Made by a program: the position numbers and the translations under genes. From positions 620,001 to 684,000 of the forward strand of contig OZ037846.1 in assembly GCA_964035575.1 (NCBI GenBank): 64,000 bases of DNA, in the 5' to 3' direction. The stretch comes from Rhynchopus sp. YZ270_cl-10. Lineage: Eukaryota. Of this stretch, positions 1 through 13,844 are shown piece after piece. Below the pieces are notes generated by a model, which saw nothing but the letters and a program-made list of their open reading frames with translations, searched no databases and was not told where the DNA came from. Numbering within the stretch: position 1 is the stretch's first letter; each line of letters opens with the position of its first letter.

Positions 1-728
1 AATAGTAGACCCCCCCTGGGAATTCTGGGTTTTTTTAAATTTTTTTTCCTTTGAATAGTGGACCCCCCCTGAGAAATTCTGGGGGAAAATTTTTTTTTCC
101 GTTGAATAGTGGACCCCCCCCCCAGGTTTTCGTTTTTTTTTTTTTTTTTTTTTTTTTTTTTCTTACAATAGTTCTGTAACCTCTCTCTCTTTTACGGCAG
201 GTAACCGGTTGAGGTGATACTTCCGGACTGAGGAAGGGCATTCTTTTACTTTTTTTATTTTGCCTGGACGGGGATGGGGGCGGCTTTGTCTAGATTGTTT
301 TTATTTTGTAGTCTTTTGTTGGGTTAAGGGGATTGGCAGACAACACTGAGGACCTCCTTGGGCCACAGCTGTTGGCGTTGTCTAGCTCTACCCGGCTGTA
401 CACTTTTTTTTGACTTTTTGCGGAAGTCACGGAAAAATTTTAGAGGGGATCAACTACAAATTTCAAATTGATTTTTCTTTCTTTGGATAGATTTTGTGAC
501 AAATCTTTCCAAAGAAGCAAAAATCAGTATATTTTGACACACCCTATCAGCCTCATCGACAGGAGGGATTTAGTAAAAATACAGAAAAAAAATTTTGGGG
601 GGGTCTACTATTTAGGGGGGGTCTACTATTCAACTTGGAAAAAAAAATTTTTTTTTCTGAGACCCCCGATTTATACCCGTCGGTTCGCCTAATAGTGGAC
701 CCGGGGTCTACTATTCGGCCCCCCCCAG
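1..728. mobile_element. MITE, CTGGGGG...CCCCCAG family with TA flank (left end outside window)
   Basis: Ends ggggtctactattcggcccccccc-cag followed by TA (729-730). Subterminal aatagtRgacccc repeats at 1-120 are inverted relative to ggggtctactatt at 600-715. Same end type as 6616-7061 and 9725-10051. Confidence 0.65.
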
Positions 729-1009
729 TAATCGCGAATTTTTTTTCTTTTTTTTTAATCGCTAAAACTCTCGAAAACACCAGTGGAGAGTCTCCGCGAC
801 TCCCGGGGATTTCAATGTATGAAATACAGATAATATCTTGTAAAGTTGGGAACGAAATTCCTACATTCGTCACCTTAAAAAACCAAATTCAGGGGACACA
901 CAGTCCGTAAACCCCCCCCTCCCTGCAAGGCAACGTTTAGCGGTTTTAGTCTTTCTGTTCAAAGACCAGGGCCTTCAACCATCGACAAAGCCTGTCCACA
1001 GTTTTGTCG

Positions 1010-1040
<31 letters not shown>

Positions 1041-1718
1041 GACCTCCCCGAGCCCGCGCGCGCGGGTGCAGCAAAACACAGGGAGAAGCTCTCAGGGGGT
1101 TTATATAGGTTTTGGTCATTTTTGAAAACTCGGTCAGCCAAAAAACTCCGCCTGTCCCACACACGTGTATTTCAACACAAGCAGCATTGGTAGCTTTGTA
1201 GCCACTGGTGATCCACAAGCCGTAGTGGGTATACCTGTCTTATCAGTAAGCTCAGTACATTTATAACAACGAAAGTCCCTGGCGAAGCCACGGTACGCAA
1301 CATTTCAAATATTGCGCATACCATGGCGCTTTATTTACAGCCAAACTATGTCATGGGAAGGGTGGGATGCCTGCTTGCGCCGCAGGCGCACGGTACGCTA
1401 CTTTTGCCTGGCTCACTCCTCGTTGAGTTCTACGAGCTCCGTCCAAATGGTCACAGTGGATCACAGGAGAATGTTAAAGTTAAAACCCTGAACCGAGTTT
1501 CTCCCGTGGACCACCCTGTAACTCGGTCAGAGATAAAAGGATTTTGCCAAAATCCCATATTTTTTTTAGATTTGTCGAACTTCGACAAAAAAAAAAAACA
1601 AAAATAAAAAAGTTGTCGAAGTTAAGGCTTAACTTCGACACGTTGAAGGCCCTGTCAAAGCAGGGGCTCCGCTACCGTATAAAGTTCTGTTGCGGCGCAA
1701 CAGAAGTCTGAAAAAAAG

Positions 1719-1759
<41 letters not shown>

Positions 1760-2287
1760 TGGTGCTTGAACCACGGGAGTACCATGTGGAACTGGGTTGC
1801 TGACCGCACCATCCAGGCTGTACCTCAATTTTTTTTTTTGCCTGCGGCGCTATTTTTCCTTTTTTGCTCCGCAAAAAAGGATTCGATGTGTGACTCTGTG
1901 CTGAAAAAGCTAGATTTTTACACCGTACCCTAAATTTTTTTCGCCTGCGGCGCCATTTGTTTGATTTTTTTTTGCTCCGCAAAAAAAAAATACAGTTCCC
2001 TATGTTCCCAATGTCCCTGGTCAGCAGGGCTGAAAAATTTTTGGGCACAAAAACAGCTGACCCCCCAATCTTGAAATCTGAATTCCTGGATAAGACACTG
2101 GCGCAGGGTGGAAAAAAAAACCCCGCAACAGAACTCAAAAAAAATCTGAAAACGTAGCGGAGGGGCTGTGTCAAAGACGAAAAAAAAAAAAAAAATCAAT
2201 AAAATGAACATTAGTCCCAAAAACACCAAAAGTAGCCTTTTAGCAGGGGGTGTACGGACTGTACCATATACTTACTATTTTAGTAAA

Positions 2288-2580
2288 TAGTAAGCGATAA
2301 AGGATGTATCATGTGCCCCCCCTCCCCTCCTCTCCTCTCCTTATTTTCCATTTCTTCCGACGATGAGAATGCGGTTTTGCTAAAAAAATAATCGCATCCA
2401 CTCGACGTTTTGGATAAAAGAAAACTAGAGACAAAAGGGGGTTTTGGGGGAAGAGTTTAATTCTTGAACACATCCCCACACTCAGTCACACATAGTAAGC
2501 GGTAAAGGATGTATCATGTGCCCCCTCTCCTCCTCTCCTTTATTTTCCCTTTCTTTCGACGACAATGCGGTTTTGCTAAT
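2288..2580. repeat. Local direct duplication of ~90 bp
   Basis: tagtaagcgRtaaaggatgtatcatgtgcccccc...aatgcggttttgctaa at ~2288-2383 and ~2493-2579. Confidence 0.8.
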
Positions 2581-3049
2581 AGCTTTAAAAATATGTAGGA
2601 TATTGAAAAATGGGAGGGTTGTTTCAGGTTGTGCACGAATAAGGTGCTCATCCTCCAAGAGTGGGGTGTTGAAGGAAAAAGTATTTCAACATAATGCATT
2701 CAATAAATTGAGAGCATAGGTGCAGGGATTGAAGCAAATACAAGAACAGTTGTGGAATAATGATGATGCCTACTGGACACATCACAAAAAAAGGGGGGAA
2801 AAGAAAAGAGGGAAAGTGCATGAAATGAACCTAAGCCTCTCAATATACTGCGCCTTCCAATGAAAAAAGGGGGATGTGAGTAGTGGACACCAACGCCTCT
2901 TGGCATACTCGGGGGGCGCAGGTACTAAGACGAGGGAAATAGAAACTGAACGAAGAAAAAAAACCCCCCATGGGAGAGGTTGTGGTGAAACGCACACACC
3001 AAACCCCGCTCCAAGAAAAAAAGGGGGGTGGGGAGGCTATTTGAGTCAA

Positions 3050-3639
3050 CACGACGGGACCCAGTAACAAGTGACAAGTGAAACACATGTCATATTTATG
3101 ACAAGTGAAATGACAAATAAGGCACTTATCATGACAAGTGACTTACTTGTCATTTACTTGTCACCTTTTTCATTTGTCATTTAGGGCACGGTAATTTTTA
3201 TTTTTGGTAAGCGTCTGCGTGCGTACTTTTTTTTTGAGATTCCAGGGAAAAAAAATTATGCAGAAAAAAAAATTATAAAGGGGGGCCCTCAATAACTCAA
3301 GAATGTATTTTAGGTAAAAAATGTATATTTTTCAGCGCAAATTGACCCCATCACAGCACACACAGACTCCTGAGAGCCGAAATCAAAAAAAATTTCCCCC
3401 GATTTTTTGTGGGCAAAAATTGGTGGGAAAATATTTTTGGTACCTGTATTTCCCCCACTGTAATTTTCCTCTATAATTTTTTTCACCACTCATAATTTTT
3501 TTTACTGCATAATTTTTTTTTGCGTGCGTGCGTACTTTTTTTTGAGAAGTGCTCTGACGCTTACCAAGAAAAAAAATTACCGTGCCCTTACTTGTCATTT
3601 TCACGTGTCACTTGTCACTTGTCACTGGGTATCATCGTG
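3050..3639. mobile_element. MITE with CACG...CGTG termini and gtgacaa subterminal repeats
   Basis: Left cacgacgggacccagtaacaagtgacaagtga is the imperfect inverse of right tcacttgtcacttgtcactgggtatcatcgtg. No clear TSD. Confidence 0.7.
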
Positions 3640-4706
3640 TAAGAACAAGGTGTGGAACACGGCGAAAACTAAGTTTGACCTGAAATACAACGGCCCGCGT
3701 ATGACAGGTGTACCTTGGAACTAATACTAGAGAGAAGTTGGAAAGTGCAAACGCCTCACCGTACAGCGGACGGGGCACTGAACTAAACTACTAAAAACTG
3801 GGGGGAAAAGGGGGGGAAAGTTGTGAAAAAAGAAAAAGGGTAAAAGCTAAAAGGTTCGTGTGTTTGGTCACCTTTTGTAGATGTACGCATGTCTGGGTGG
3901 CATGGTGCATATGGTAATTAAATTATAGTATAGAGGCAGTAGGAGGGCTCTATTATAATTAATTCTTGTGTGTGTGATGTTATGGTGTTGTGGTGTGGCT
4001 GAATGGGGCACAAGAAGTGCGCAAGAAGTGCGAATCACCCCCTTCAGTCACACCAGCGTGTTTTTTTTTTGCTTTTTTTTCGTTTTGTTGGAAATTTTAT
4101 ATAAAAAATATATCATACATTCCATGGTTCTCCGTATACTTTTTCATATTTTGCACTCAGAAATGTGAGATGCATATTTTTGATCGTCCGGCCCCGCAAT
4201 TGAACGTTTCGAAACGGCCGGATCCAAAGAAATAAAAATCCAGAAAAATAAATTTTTTTTTCAAAAAAAATATCGAGGTGAGCGTATTTCTGTTTTGGCT
4301 CTAGGTGAGGTGGGTGTGTGACATGTAATTTTGTCTCCCTGAAAACCAGCGGCAGTGAATTTCCGAGCTCCCCGCTTTTCACCATAAAAAAAATCGACCA
4401 CTTTCGTGGAGTAGAAGTCAATTTAAAGTGGCTCCATGGGTCTTTATACAGTAACGTATAGGGATTTCAGTGCATAAAAGGGGGTCGGCTCCACCAAAAG
4501 TTGCGTACCGTGGAGTGTGTTTCAGGAATTAAAAAATGGTCGGAATTGAAAGATTTGTAAAAAATAAATCCAAAGAAAAAAAAAAATCGAAAACTTTCTT
4601 CTAGTTGTCGGTCTAATTAGAATTTTGGAAATTATTAGATCTAATAATGACATTATTAGATTATTAGAGTATAATTAGAGCATTATTAGAGTATTATTAG
4701 AGTTTT

Positions 4707-4800
4707 CAGGTACACAGGTACACAGGTACACAGGTACACAGGTACACAGGTACACAGGTACACAGGTACACAGGTACACAGGTACACAGGTACACAGGTA
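4707..4800 (+). repeat. (GGTACACA)n microsatellite, ~11-12 units
   Basis: Directly visible. Lies between inverted arms at 4640-4706 and 4803-4865. Confidence 0.97.
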
Positions 4801-6615
4801 TACTGTAAAACTCTCAATACTCTAATGTGCTCTCTCTCTAATAATCAAATAATGTCATTATTAAATCCCACCAATGACATAACGAAGTATCGCTTGAAAG
4901 TACCGTTCAAAATACCTTGCTTGGGTGTGCAGTGAAGTAGCACACACAAGGTATCTCACGATAAATCAATCAGATAAACGTTACATCATTGGAAAATTGT
5001 TGGCACCGCCCCCCTGTCTTCGTATTTAGTACGTCGACAGGCCAAACAGCGTTGGGCTCAGAAGAAGCAGTGCAAGACACTGGGGATCAACATGAGAACC
5101 AACTCCCAACAACACAGGCTACCGAAGTAGCAGGTGGGGTGTTGCGGGTGTTTGGGGTGAAAGAAAATCGATTTTGGTAAGTTACAGCAGAAAATTCTTA
5201 AGTTTGCACTAGTCGAGAGAGGCTTACCCGCTGCAGTGAAGCAGTGCACCCATTTAAGGATGGAGAAGCGTGACACGCACATACAAGTATGTACGTTACT
5301 TCAACAAAGGCTGAATTCTGGTAATTCTAAGGGATGTGAATTCAGCCACCACGCAGGTAGTGTTTTAAGGTTCCTAGCTTTGTTCTGCACAGCGGGCTTA
5401 TGATACAAAGGAGTTGCCCCCGCTCTCTTTCGCGCAAACTTAAGAAAATTCTGAAGTAACTACAACCTGGCGTGCGGGTACAGATGCATTGCTTTGTTCT
5501 TTCCTCAAAGTCATGTGTGATCTCTCGGGTCTGTACTAAAGTCAGTGTTTAGATAAGCATCCACTTGACTCGTTCTAACAACCGTTGAAATCTAGAACAA
5601 AACAATACACTGCCCCTTCTCACACCAAGCCGCCATGCTTCAAGAGCATGCCCTGGGCAAAAATTACTGTGACAAAAATTAGTTTTCTGGGGGAACGCAA
5701 TATTTTCTTGTGCCTAGTCCTCCGCAAGCAGAGGACAGACTTTCCGGATCCCGAAGTCGAATTTCTTGCACTAGCTATGCTCCCTGGGTTAATGGCTATA
5801 GCAGTGACTGACTAAGAATTTCCCACCCCCAGATGAAGAAAGAACCGACGCAGAGGTGTGGCTTCTTCATAGTTTATTCTGCATTTTATAATTGCATCCT
5901 GTGAGGGAGGGTTTGTGTGAGGGTGTTTTTGGAGGTGTGGTGGGAAGAGAAAAGAAAAGCAAGAAGAAGACACAAAGAAAGTCACTTACTGGCACTTTTG
6001 AGCATTGAATTTATGAAGAATTTATCCCATGGCTATTTTGTGTGCACCCTGTACATTTTGTATGGGCCAGCGCCTTAGCAAAAAACGCAAAAATCGAATG
6101 TCTTGACCATTTGGGGTTTTGCCAAATACACGTCTTTGAACAAACCCACACCTAAACAGTGGTTAGACAACGCGATTTTTGACCCAATAAAAAATTTCTT
6201 TTTCGCCGAAAATCGGGCGTGGTCGGTCATAAAATAGACCAAAAAATCCAAAGAAAACCTCAGATTGACCAAATCGAGAAAAAAATTGTCAAGTCGAAAT
6301 TTCAGCCAAATTGGGTAAAACCCACGAAAAATTGGCTGCGCAAAACCGCGTTTTAGACCCCCACAGATGCTCAAAAGTGCCAAATTTTGCTTTTAATGGC
6401 CTCAAATCGTCGAAATTCGCCCTAAAGGGCAAAAAAAAAAATTCGAGAGTCCCTTTCCCTGGGAGACAATAGCTGGAAATCGAGACTAATAAAATTCTAA
6501 TAAAATTCTAATAATACCCTAATAATCCAATTATTAGGGTAATTATTAGATTATTATTAGAATTTGAGTTTTATTAGAATTTGAAAATTCTAATAAAACT
6601 CTAATAATTAGGTTA

Positions 6616-7061
6616 CTGGGGGGGGTCGAATAAAGCACGTACGTGTTTTATTAGGCGTCCCTACACTTCAGATCCTGAGGTTTGAAAAAAAAAAAAAAGT
6701 TCGAAAAGGCGAATAAAGCACGTACGTGCTTTATTCGCCTTTTCGAACTTTTTGGAAAGTTTTTCCAGTCGCAATTTTTTTTTCGATTTTTTTTCGCCCA
6801 AGAGGTGAATTTGTTGCATTTCCGAGCCAATCCCGGCTTGTGGTGGGGGATATACGGAAAAATGGACAAAATTTCAGCGACTTAAATTTTCACAAAATAC
6901 GAACTACCTTGTCACAACACAGGAAAAGTTCAAAAAGTCGAATAAAACACGTACGTGCTTTATTCGACGCAAAAAAAAGCAAAAAACCCATTTTTCAAAT
7001 GCGTGCTTTATTCGACGTACGTGCTTTATTCGAATTACCTCGTTTATTCGGCCCCCCCCAG
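6616..7061. mobile_element. MITE CTGGGGG...CCCCCAG with TA TSD (Tc1/mariner/pogo-type ends)
   Basis: TA|ctggggggggtcgaataaa ... tttattcggccccccccag|TA. Internal palindromic cgaataaagcacgtacgtgctttattcg repeats. Confidence 0.85.
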
Positions 7062-9067
7062 TAATTAGGATTCTAATAATCTAACTGGACCGACAACTAG
7101 ACTTTCTTCAAAAAAAACCCAATTTAGAGACGCCACTGTGTGGTGACCCAAATAGGAGGTTTTCTAAAGGAAGTCCTTAAGAAACCTGCATAGAAACGTG
7201 AAAAAAAGGGTTGGCTCCACCAAAAGTTGCCTACCGTGGAGTGTGTTTCCGGGATAAAAAATGTGTCCGAATTGAAGGATTTGTAAAAAATAAATCCAAA
7301 GAAACAAAAACCGAAAACTTTATCCAAAAAGAAATCAATTTACAAACGCCACTGTGTTGCTACCCAAAGAGGAGGTTTTCTTAAGGAAGTCCTTAAGAAA
7401 CCTACATAGAAATGTTCCCAAAGGGGGTACCACAGCCAAAAATCACCTAACCAGCCACAGAGGCATAAAAAAAATCGTGCGACCCCGGAATTGAACGTTT
7501 TCGTACCCGATCTTTCCAAATAAATAAAAATCGAAAAAAAAATCGGGGGAAAAATTTTATAAAATCCATGTGTCCACGGACAGTTCCATTTACGACTCAA
7601 GTCATGAATTGTTGACCCTCGAAAATGGGCGGCAGTGAATTTCCGGATCGATCTGAAAAAATTCCGGGGTCGCACGATTTTTTTGGCGGATTTTTTATCA
7701 CTTTAAACTGGCTCCACAAACAGGCTTTTCTATACGGAGAACCATGGAATGTATGATATGCAGATTGTGCAAGGGAGTTAGCTTATTTTTTGAACTCTTT
7801 TTGCAACGACATAAAAAAAATACAGTACTCTTTTGGAGTCCAAGAAGAGTCGTCACATTACCCCCAAAAAATAAATACCCAAATCTTGGACGATCAGTTG
7901 TAATACTGTAAAAAAAGATCGGGTCTTTTGTTCGCCCACAGCGCTGCCTCCAATCTTTTTAGAATTGACAACAAGTTGTTTTATCAAAAAAAAAAGAAAA
8001 GAAAAAAGAAAAACGTGGTTGATAAGATGAACCTAAGCCTCTTGTGCTTAGTTGCCTTTATGACAATCGTTATCGCACAGCAACAGTTGCACGGGATTGC
8101 ACAAAGGGGGTTGTTGGGAAAGAGAAAGTTGAGAGTGCAAACAGCTCTCCACCTTTCATCGGCGGAGAGCAGACACTGCAAACAAAAAAAAACCAAAAAA
8201 AAAAACCAAAAAAAAAAAAAAAAAAAAGAAAAAAGAGAAGAAGAAAAAAGGCCCGTCATTAGTTTTGTTTCGATGTCAAAAAAAAAAAGACAGAAACACA
8301 TAAATGTGAGGATAAGAAAGGCCCTTCTGGTTCACTGTTTCAAAAAAGAAGAGGTGGTGTCGAGACGCATCGACTCTCTTACGACCTGGACACTGAAGAG
8401 AAAAGAAAAAAGTGAAGTGCAAATTCATCTGGGACGCAGGCACTGACACTCCATGGGTTATCGAGCCCCCCCGTAGTGTTGCAGTTGGAAAAAGGGGGGA
8501 AAGACACACAACCGAAACGGAAAACAGAACACAAAAGAAAAAGAAAAAGCAAAACTTGAAAAGAATGGGTGCGTATATCATGCGCACACACACCTTTTCG
8601 AGAACAAAATGATTTTGTTTGATAAAAGACTATCACTAGATATCAGACACATTTTTTTTTTTTTTCACAGGATCCTTAAAAGAGAGCAAATAGAAGGAAG
8701 ATACGCTTTTGAGAACAAAAAGAGGACATTGTTGGAGTCGTGTAGTTGCCTCGGTTGTGTTGCAATCTGCACATTTCATCTCCAATTGTTTTTTTTTTTT
8801 TTCTTTTTTTTTTGATAAATTGTTGGAGTAGTGTGCAGTTGCCTCGGTTATGTTGCCACAGTTGTGCAATCTCCACTTTTTAAATTCAACAAAATCACTT
8901 GACATCAGCTTTTGGTTGAAATATGTGCTCAAAGTTTTAGGGGGGGAATACGCCTCCTTTGTGCTCATTGCTGCTTTTTCTCTGAAAGGGAGACTACCAG
9001 ATCATGAATACTCATATGCCAGGCAAGGCCCTTATGCGACCAAGCAGAAGAGGAGCACTCAGAGAGG

Positions 9068-9345
9068 GTCACATACCCCCGAAGGCGAATACGTATTCAC
9101 CCTATATTCGGATCCGAATATGGCATATTCGCCTATTTTCGCCCTATATTCGAATATGACCCAGGAATTTTAGGATCCGAATATTGAGCAAATATATAGA
9201 AGAAAAAGGGCGCGCCCAAAATTCCTGAACCATATTCGTTGGTCCTATATTCAGATTTGAATATTGTGTTCGGATTCGAATATAGGGCGAATAGAAAAGA
9301 AAAAGAGGGTGAATAGTACGAATTCGCTTTCGGCGTATGTGCCTA
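9068..9345. mobile_element. Palindromic MITE (cataccccgaaggcgaat family)
   Basis: Left cacatacccccgaaggcgaat vs right attcgctttcggcgtatgtg. Related copy at 62948-63201. Confidence 0.65.
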
Positions 9346-9724
9346 GAGGGGGGGGCTAGAGGAAGGGGAGTTTGAAAGTTTGTTTTGTTTTTGTTTTTGC
9401 CACTCTGTTTGTTTTGTATTTCATTGTAGTACTTTGTAAGGTACCTAGAGGAAGGGGGATGCTGTAGCACAATTTGCGTTAATTTGTTTGATGAAATTCG
9501 ATTACGGTCAGCTACCACACAAAAAGTGGCCTGTACGCATTTTTTTAAAGTGGGTTTTTGGCGCGCACACCACGTACCCGTGGCCTGCGACTGGTAATAC
9601 TATTTTCTCCTTTAAAGCAAGCTTCGTAGGGGGGAAAAAGTAGTTAGAAAAAATGGTTGTTTCTCTCTTGCTTTGGCTTTTGTTTATTATTTTTTGCCGG
9701 GAAAAAAAAAGGCATTTTAGTTTA

Positions 9725-10051
9725 CTGGGGGGGGGGCGAATAGAAGACCCCCCCCTTGTATTCACCATGTCAGCGCTTTTTTTAGGGGGGTTTTCAAACA
9801 TAAAATTATTCGATAAATATTTTATGGTCCGTTGAATACAAGACCCTTTTAGGATTTAGCATAGCGTAAAAAATTAATTTTGTTACAGTATGCTAAATAC
9901 AAGACCCTACTAGGGTCTTGTATGCTACACGCAAGCCCACTAGGGTCTTCTATTCTAAAATATATTTTATGAAAACGGCCAAAAAAAAAGGGGTCTTCTA
10001 TTCGGCGGGGTCTTGTATTCGGCAAGGGTCTTCTATTCGCCCCCCCCCCAG
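9725..10051. mobile_element. MITE CTGGGGG...CCCCCAG with TA TSD
   Basis: TA|ctgggggggggggcgaatagaagaccc ... gggtcttctattcgcccccccccccag|TA. Confidence 0.85.
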
Positions 10052-13000
10052 TAAGAGATAGGTCAGAGGGTGTAAAGGAAACACCTTCAAAGGAGAAAAT
10101 AAAAACTGAAGGGGAAAACAACGAAAACAAACCAAAGAAACAAAACCAAAAAAAAAAAAAAAAGAAAAGGATGTGGAACAAATGCATTGCTTAAGACAGG
10201 GCAGACAGCAGACAGTAGGTTGGCTATGTGTTGCTAGGAAATGATCAGGGTTTTATATTTTATTTTTGGGGAAAAAATCAGATAATGAGCTCTCTAAACT
10301 ACAGCTCTAGTGGGGGGGAAACATAATGACCCAGATACATTCTCTTGAAAGAAAGATGGACAGTTGGTCTATCAGCTCTTTTGTGTGAATATATTTTCAG
10401 GCTATATCCTAAATCGGGATTTTTTTTGTTGGAAAAATACAACAAAAAAAACGAGAAAAATTTTCCTGGGGGGGAAATACTCTCATCCATCCCGAGCTTT
10501 CGCACCGTTAACTGTCGGTGCAGTCCGTAGGGGGGGTACTCAAAACTTCAAAAAAAAATTTGCAAATCCAGAAAAAAAAAGCATATTCAGAATCTAGAGG
10601 ATATAGCCTGTATATTTTTTTTTTCCAAAAATAAATAAATAAAAACCCCCCAACACATTCCATTCAACGCAACAACACGCCTTCCAATATGTCTAACATA
10701 GGAAGAAGAAAAAGCAGAGTTTTACGCACGAAAAAAATGGGCAAAACCAGAACAAATGTAGAAACGAACTTCAGCCAAACCCACTAGGAGGGGGAACGAG
10801 TTTATGCCCAGCAACATACCGTACGTCATTTTTATTGAACCTTGCGCTACTGTGTAGTCCAGAGGGCCAACATAAGTTCACACAGCAATACTGATTTCAT
10901 CTGTGCACAGAAGGTTTTTTTTTTTTTTAATGCCCCTTCTACAGTGCACGATTTTACACACAAAACGTTGGGTTCAAATACATAAAAATGGTTGCAAGAT
11001 AATTCCCATCCTCAGGTGCTTAGTCACCTTTAAAAAAAAAAAAAAATCCCCTGGTACAAAAGAAGAGGAATTTATAGACTAGGAGGGAAATAAAAAAAGC
11101 GGGGGCGTCATTTTTCAAGATGAATTAGATTCATATACTTTCAGTTCACAGAATTGAAAGTATTTGAGAGGGTCAAACACATGCACCCTTTCTTTCCAAA
11201 ATGAAGTAAACAAATTCATATACTTTCAAATAAAATTTGAAAGCATTAGGGAAGTGTATAAAAAACAACAACAACCCATCTTTTTTTTTTAAATTTCTTG
11301 TTGCAAAAATGTGAAAGGGGAAAAATAAACTGTTTCCTTGCATAAATTGAAACTTTCAGTAGATTGGTTTCGAACTTTTACCCTGTTTCAGTCTTAAGAA
11401 TTATACAGTAGTATTCAAAAGGGTAGACATCTTCAAAACACATGCACCCTTTCTTTCCAAAATGAAGTAAAAAAAAAAGAAGTTGTGATTGCAAAACACC
11501 TCACCGTGCATCGGCGGACGCAGGGCACTGAAAAAAAAAAAAATGTTTGATTTTAGACTATCACGGGATAGCAGCTACGATTTAAAAAATGAAGTAAAAA
11601 AAAACAAGGAAAGTTTATAAGATGAATCTAAGCTTCTTGTGCGTGGTCACCTTGGGAAAAAAAAAAATGAAAGGGAATAATATGGTTTATATTGCGCGCA
11701 AAGAAGGAAATAACCAACCTTATCTCCTCGCCTATCGGTGACCATGTACCCCGGTAACATGCTAAATAACAATTTTTTGCGCGATTTTTTTTTTACATGC
11801 ATTTCATGTAAAAGTGTCATGTCTTGTCGTTCCCTCACCCTTTCTTGTAGTTGTTTGATGCGTTGACGCTTCCACACACACGTACATCTCTCACCTGTTT
11901 GGGTGGTGGTGTTGCGTTGTGGAGCACGGTTGGGGTGAGTGAACGACGTTGACACTTTCCGCCCACAAAGTAAGAAGGGTACTCAACATGGCACTGTTTT
12001 GACGCAACAAAAAACAAGTAATTGCTATCGGAAAAAAAACGGGGTGTGCTGTGGTTATGGGGGGACCCACACTCCTGAACACCGCCCTGTAGAAATAATC
12101 TACACTCTGCTCTTCTGCAGGTATGCGAAAACGCTGCCACAACCACTGGGACGCCTGCACTTGAAACGTTCAAGAACGGGGGCTGTCATCCTCAGACCCC
12201 TCTTCGTCCAGCACCATTTGCTCGATCGATGGTCGGCGTGTTCCACCTCGTTGTCGTCCAGCCTCCCACTCATCGTCGCCGGAGGAGGAGTGCGCAAGGA
12301 ACACAGACGACCAACTGTCGTCGATCACACCATGCGCATCAGCACCACCCAGCAAAGCGCCAGGCTGCTATGTTGGTTTCGAAAATCGCGCGGAGTTTCC
12401 CACAGCACACCTCGTTCTTTTTCTTAGCAATTCCTTGTTTTGTTGTTGTTTTCCACACACCTTCCTTCAACCCTTGTAGGATCAGTTGTTATTTTTTTCT
12501 AGAAAACTTGAAATTACACATTTCAAGAGAACAAATTAAAAAGGGTCCTTATTTGCGTTTTTGGGCTCCGCCCGTGCAGTGGTGGGGTCAATCTCGAAAA
12601 TTGGACAATTTTTTGACCACTTAAATTTTGAGAAATATGAGCCCGGTTCCTTATACGTGGGGCCCATTTTTGGCCAAAATTTTCCTCAAAATCCGGGTTT
12701 GTAATATTGACCCTTTACTCCCCCCCCACATCGATTTCAATACTATACCTTACTTCACCTACGGTTACCCTTACAGGGGGGGTGAAGGAAGGTAAGTTGA
12801 AAAAATGGCATGTTACCCGGTTCACATGGTCACCGTGTGTGTGTCACAATGTATTATTTTCTTTACTTTACCATCAGGAAGGCCATCAAAAAGGATAGAC
12901 TGGTCTGAATTCTGTGATACATCACAATAGCACAATACACACAGCCACACAGGTACCACTCACTCTCTCTCTCTCATCTCCCCCACCCACCCACCCACCC

Positions 13001-13809
13001 CTTCTGCCCAACAGAATACAAAGACTAGACGGTAGACGGGGCAACGACCGCTGTCATCCATCTACATTATCTTTTTTTTCGTTTTCAATATTTTTTTTTC
13101 TTCCCGGTTTACTCACAAAGTGGTATAAAAGAAAATCATGGTATCGCATCTATCTGGGGGCTTGAAAGTTTGTTTGTTTTTGTTTTTTTATTTTTGCTAC
13201 TTCTGTTTGTTTTGTATTGCAATTCACTGTCATACTGTTGAGAGGTGCGCTTCTTTGTTGCCGTATCTACTGGGATACAAGACCCGGCTGAACACAAAAC
13301 AAGACCCCTTTTACATTGATCGCTTCCATAAAAAAAATGTATATTAGAATACAAGACCCTAGTACAGGATTTCTTCGAATTTTTTTTTTTTGCAAGGATT
13401 CGGTCAAATCCTGATCGAGCCTGGCGCACTTTCGATCATTTTCTGATCACTTTCGCTTTTCTGATTGAATATATTCTTATACTGGGTAAATGTTCCTCTT
13501 CTAAGAAAACTGCCTAAATACGTACAAATCACCCCTACAACTCCAGCACGATACCAAGCCACTTTGCTTGGGGTGTAGTTGTTGATGCAGGCACGACTAA
13601 CCCACTGTACGATGCCAGCCATCCGGATGAAAGCACGAAAAATAAAATCGCTTGACCGAGTTTTTCTGAAGAGTCAACCCAATTCGTTCGACAACAACAG
13701 TATCCCCAAGGTTTGAGGCGCAAAAAAAAGAGAAGTTGAAAAGGTGCAAAACACCTCATCGTCCATTGGCTGGTTCTCCGCGGGTTATCGAACCCCAGAG
13801 AGCACTTTT

Positions 13810-13844
<35 letters not shown>

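Larger units (their letters stand above)
4601..7100. mobile_element. hAT-like element, 2.5 kb, 8-bp TSD
   Basis: TIR ctagttgtcggtctaattaga / tctaactggaccgacaactag. Identical flanking 8-mer actttctt at 4593-4600 and 7101-7108. attattag subterminal repeats. Confidence 0.8.
4110..7759. mobile_element. Non-autonomous TIR element hosting nested insertions
   Basis: Perfect 29-bp inverted repeat atatcatacattccatggttctccgtata (4110-4138) / tatacggagaaccatggaatgtatgatat (7731-7759). Internal direct duplications, e.g. 4485-4600 vs 7210-7320. Confidence 0.75.

Noticed and set aside
11835..12430. GC-richer patch with short overlapping ORFs
   Set aside because: Could be a decayed gene, but no recognisable motif or sustained frame.
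13585..13640. Hammerhead-like ggatga...gaaa motif (related copies at ~21210 and ~23858)
   Set aside because: Core CUGAUGA is not intact and the three stems cannot be formed; treated as another dispersed repeat.
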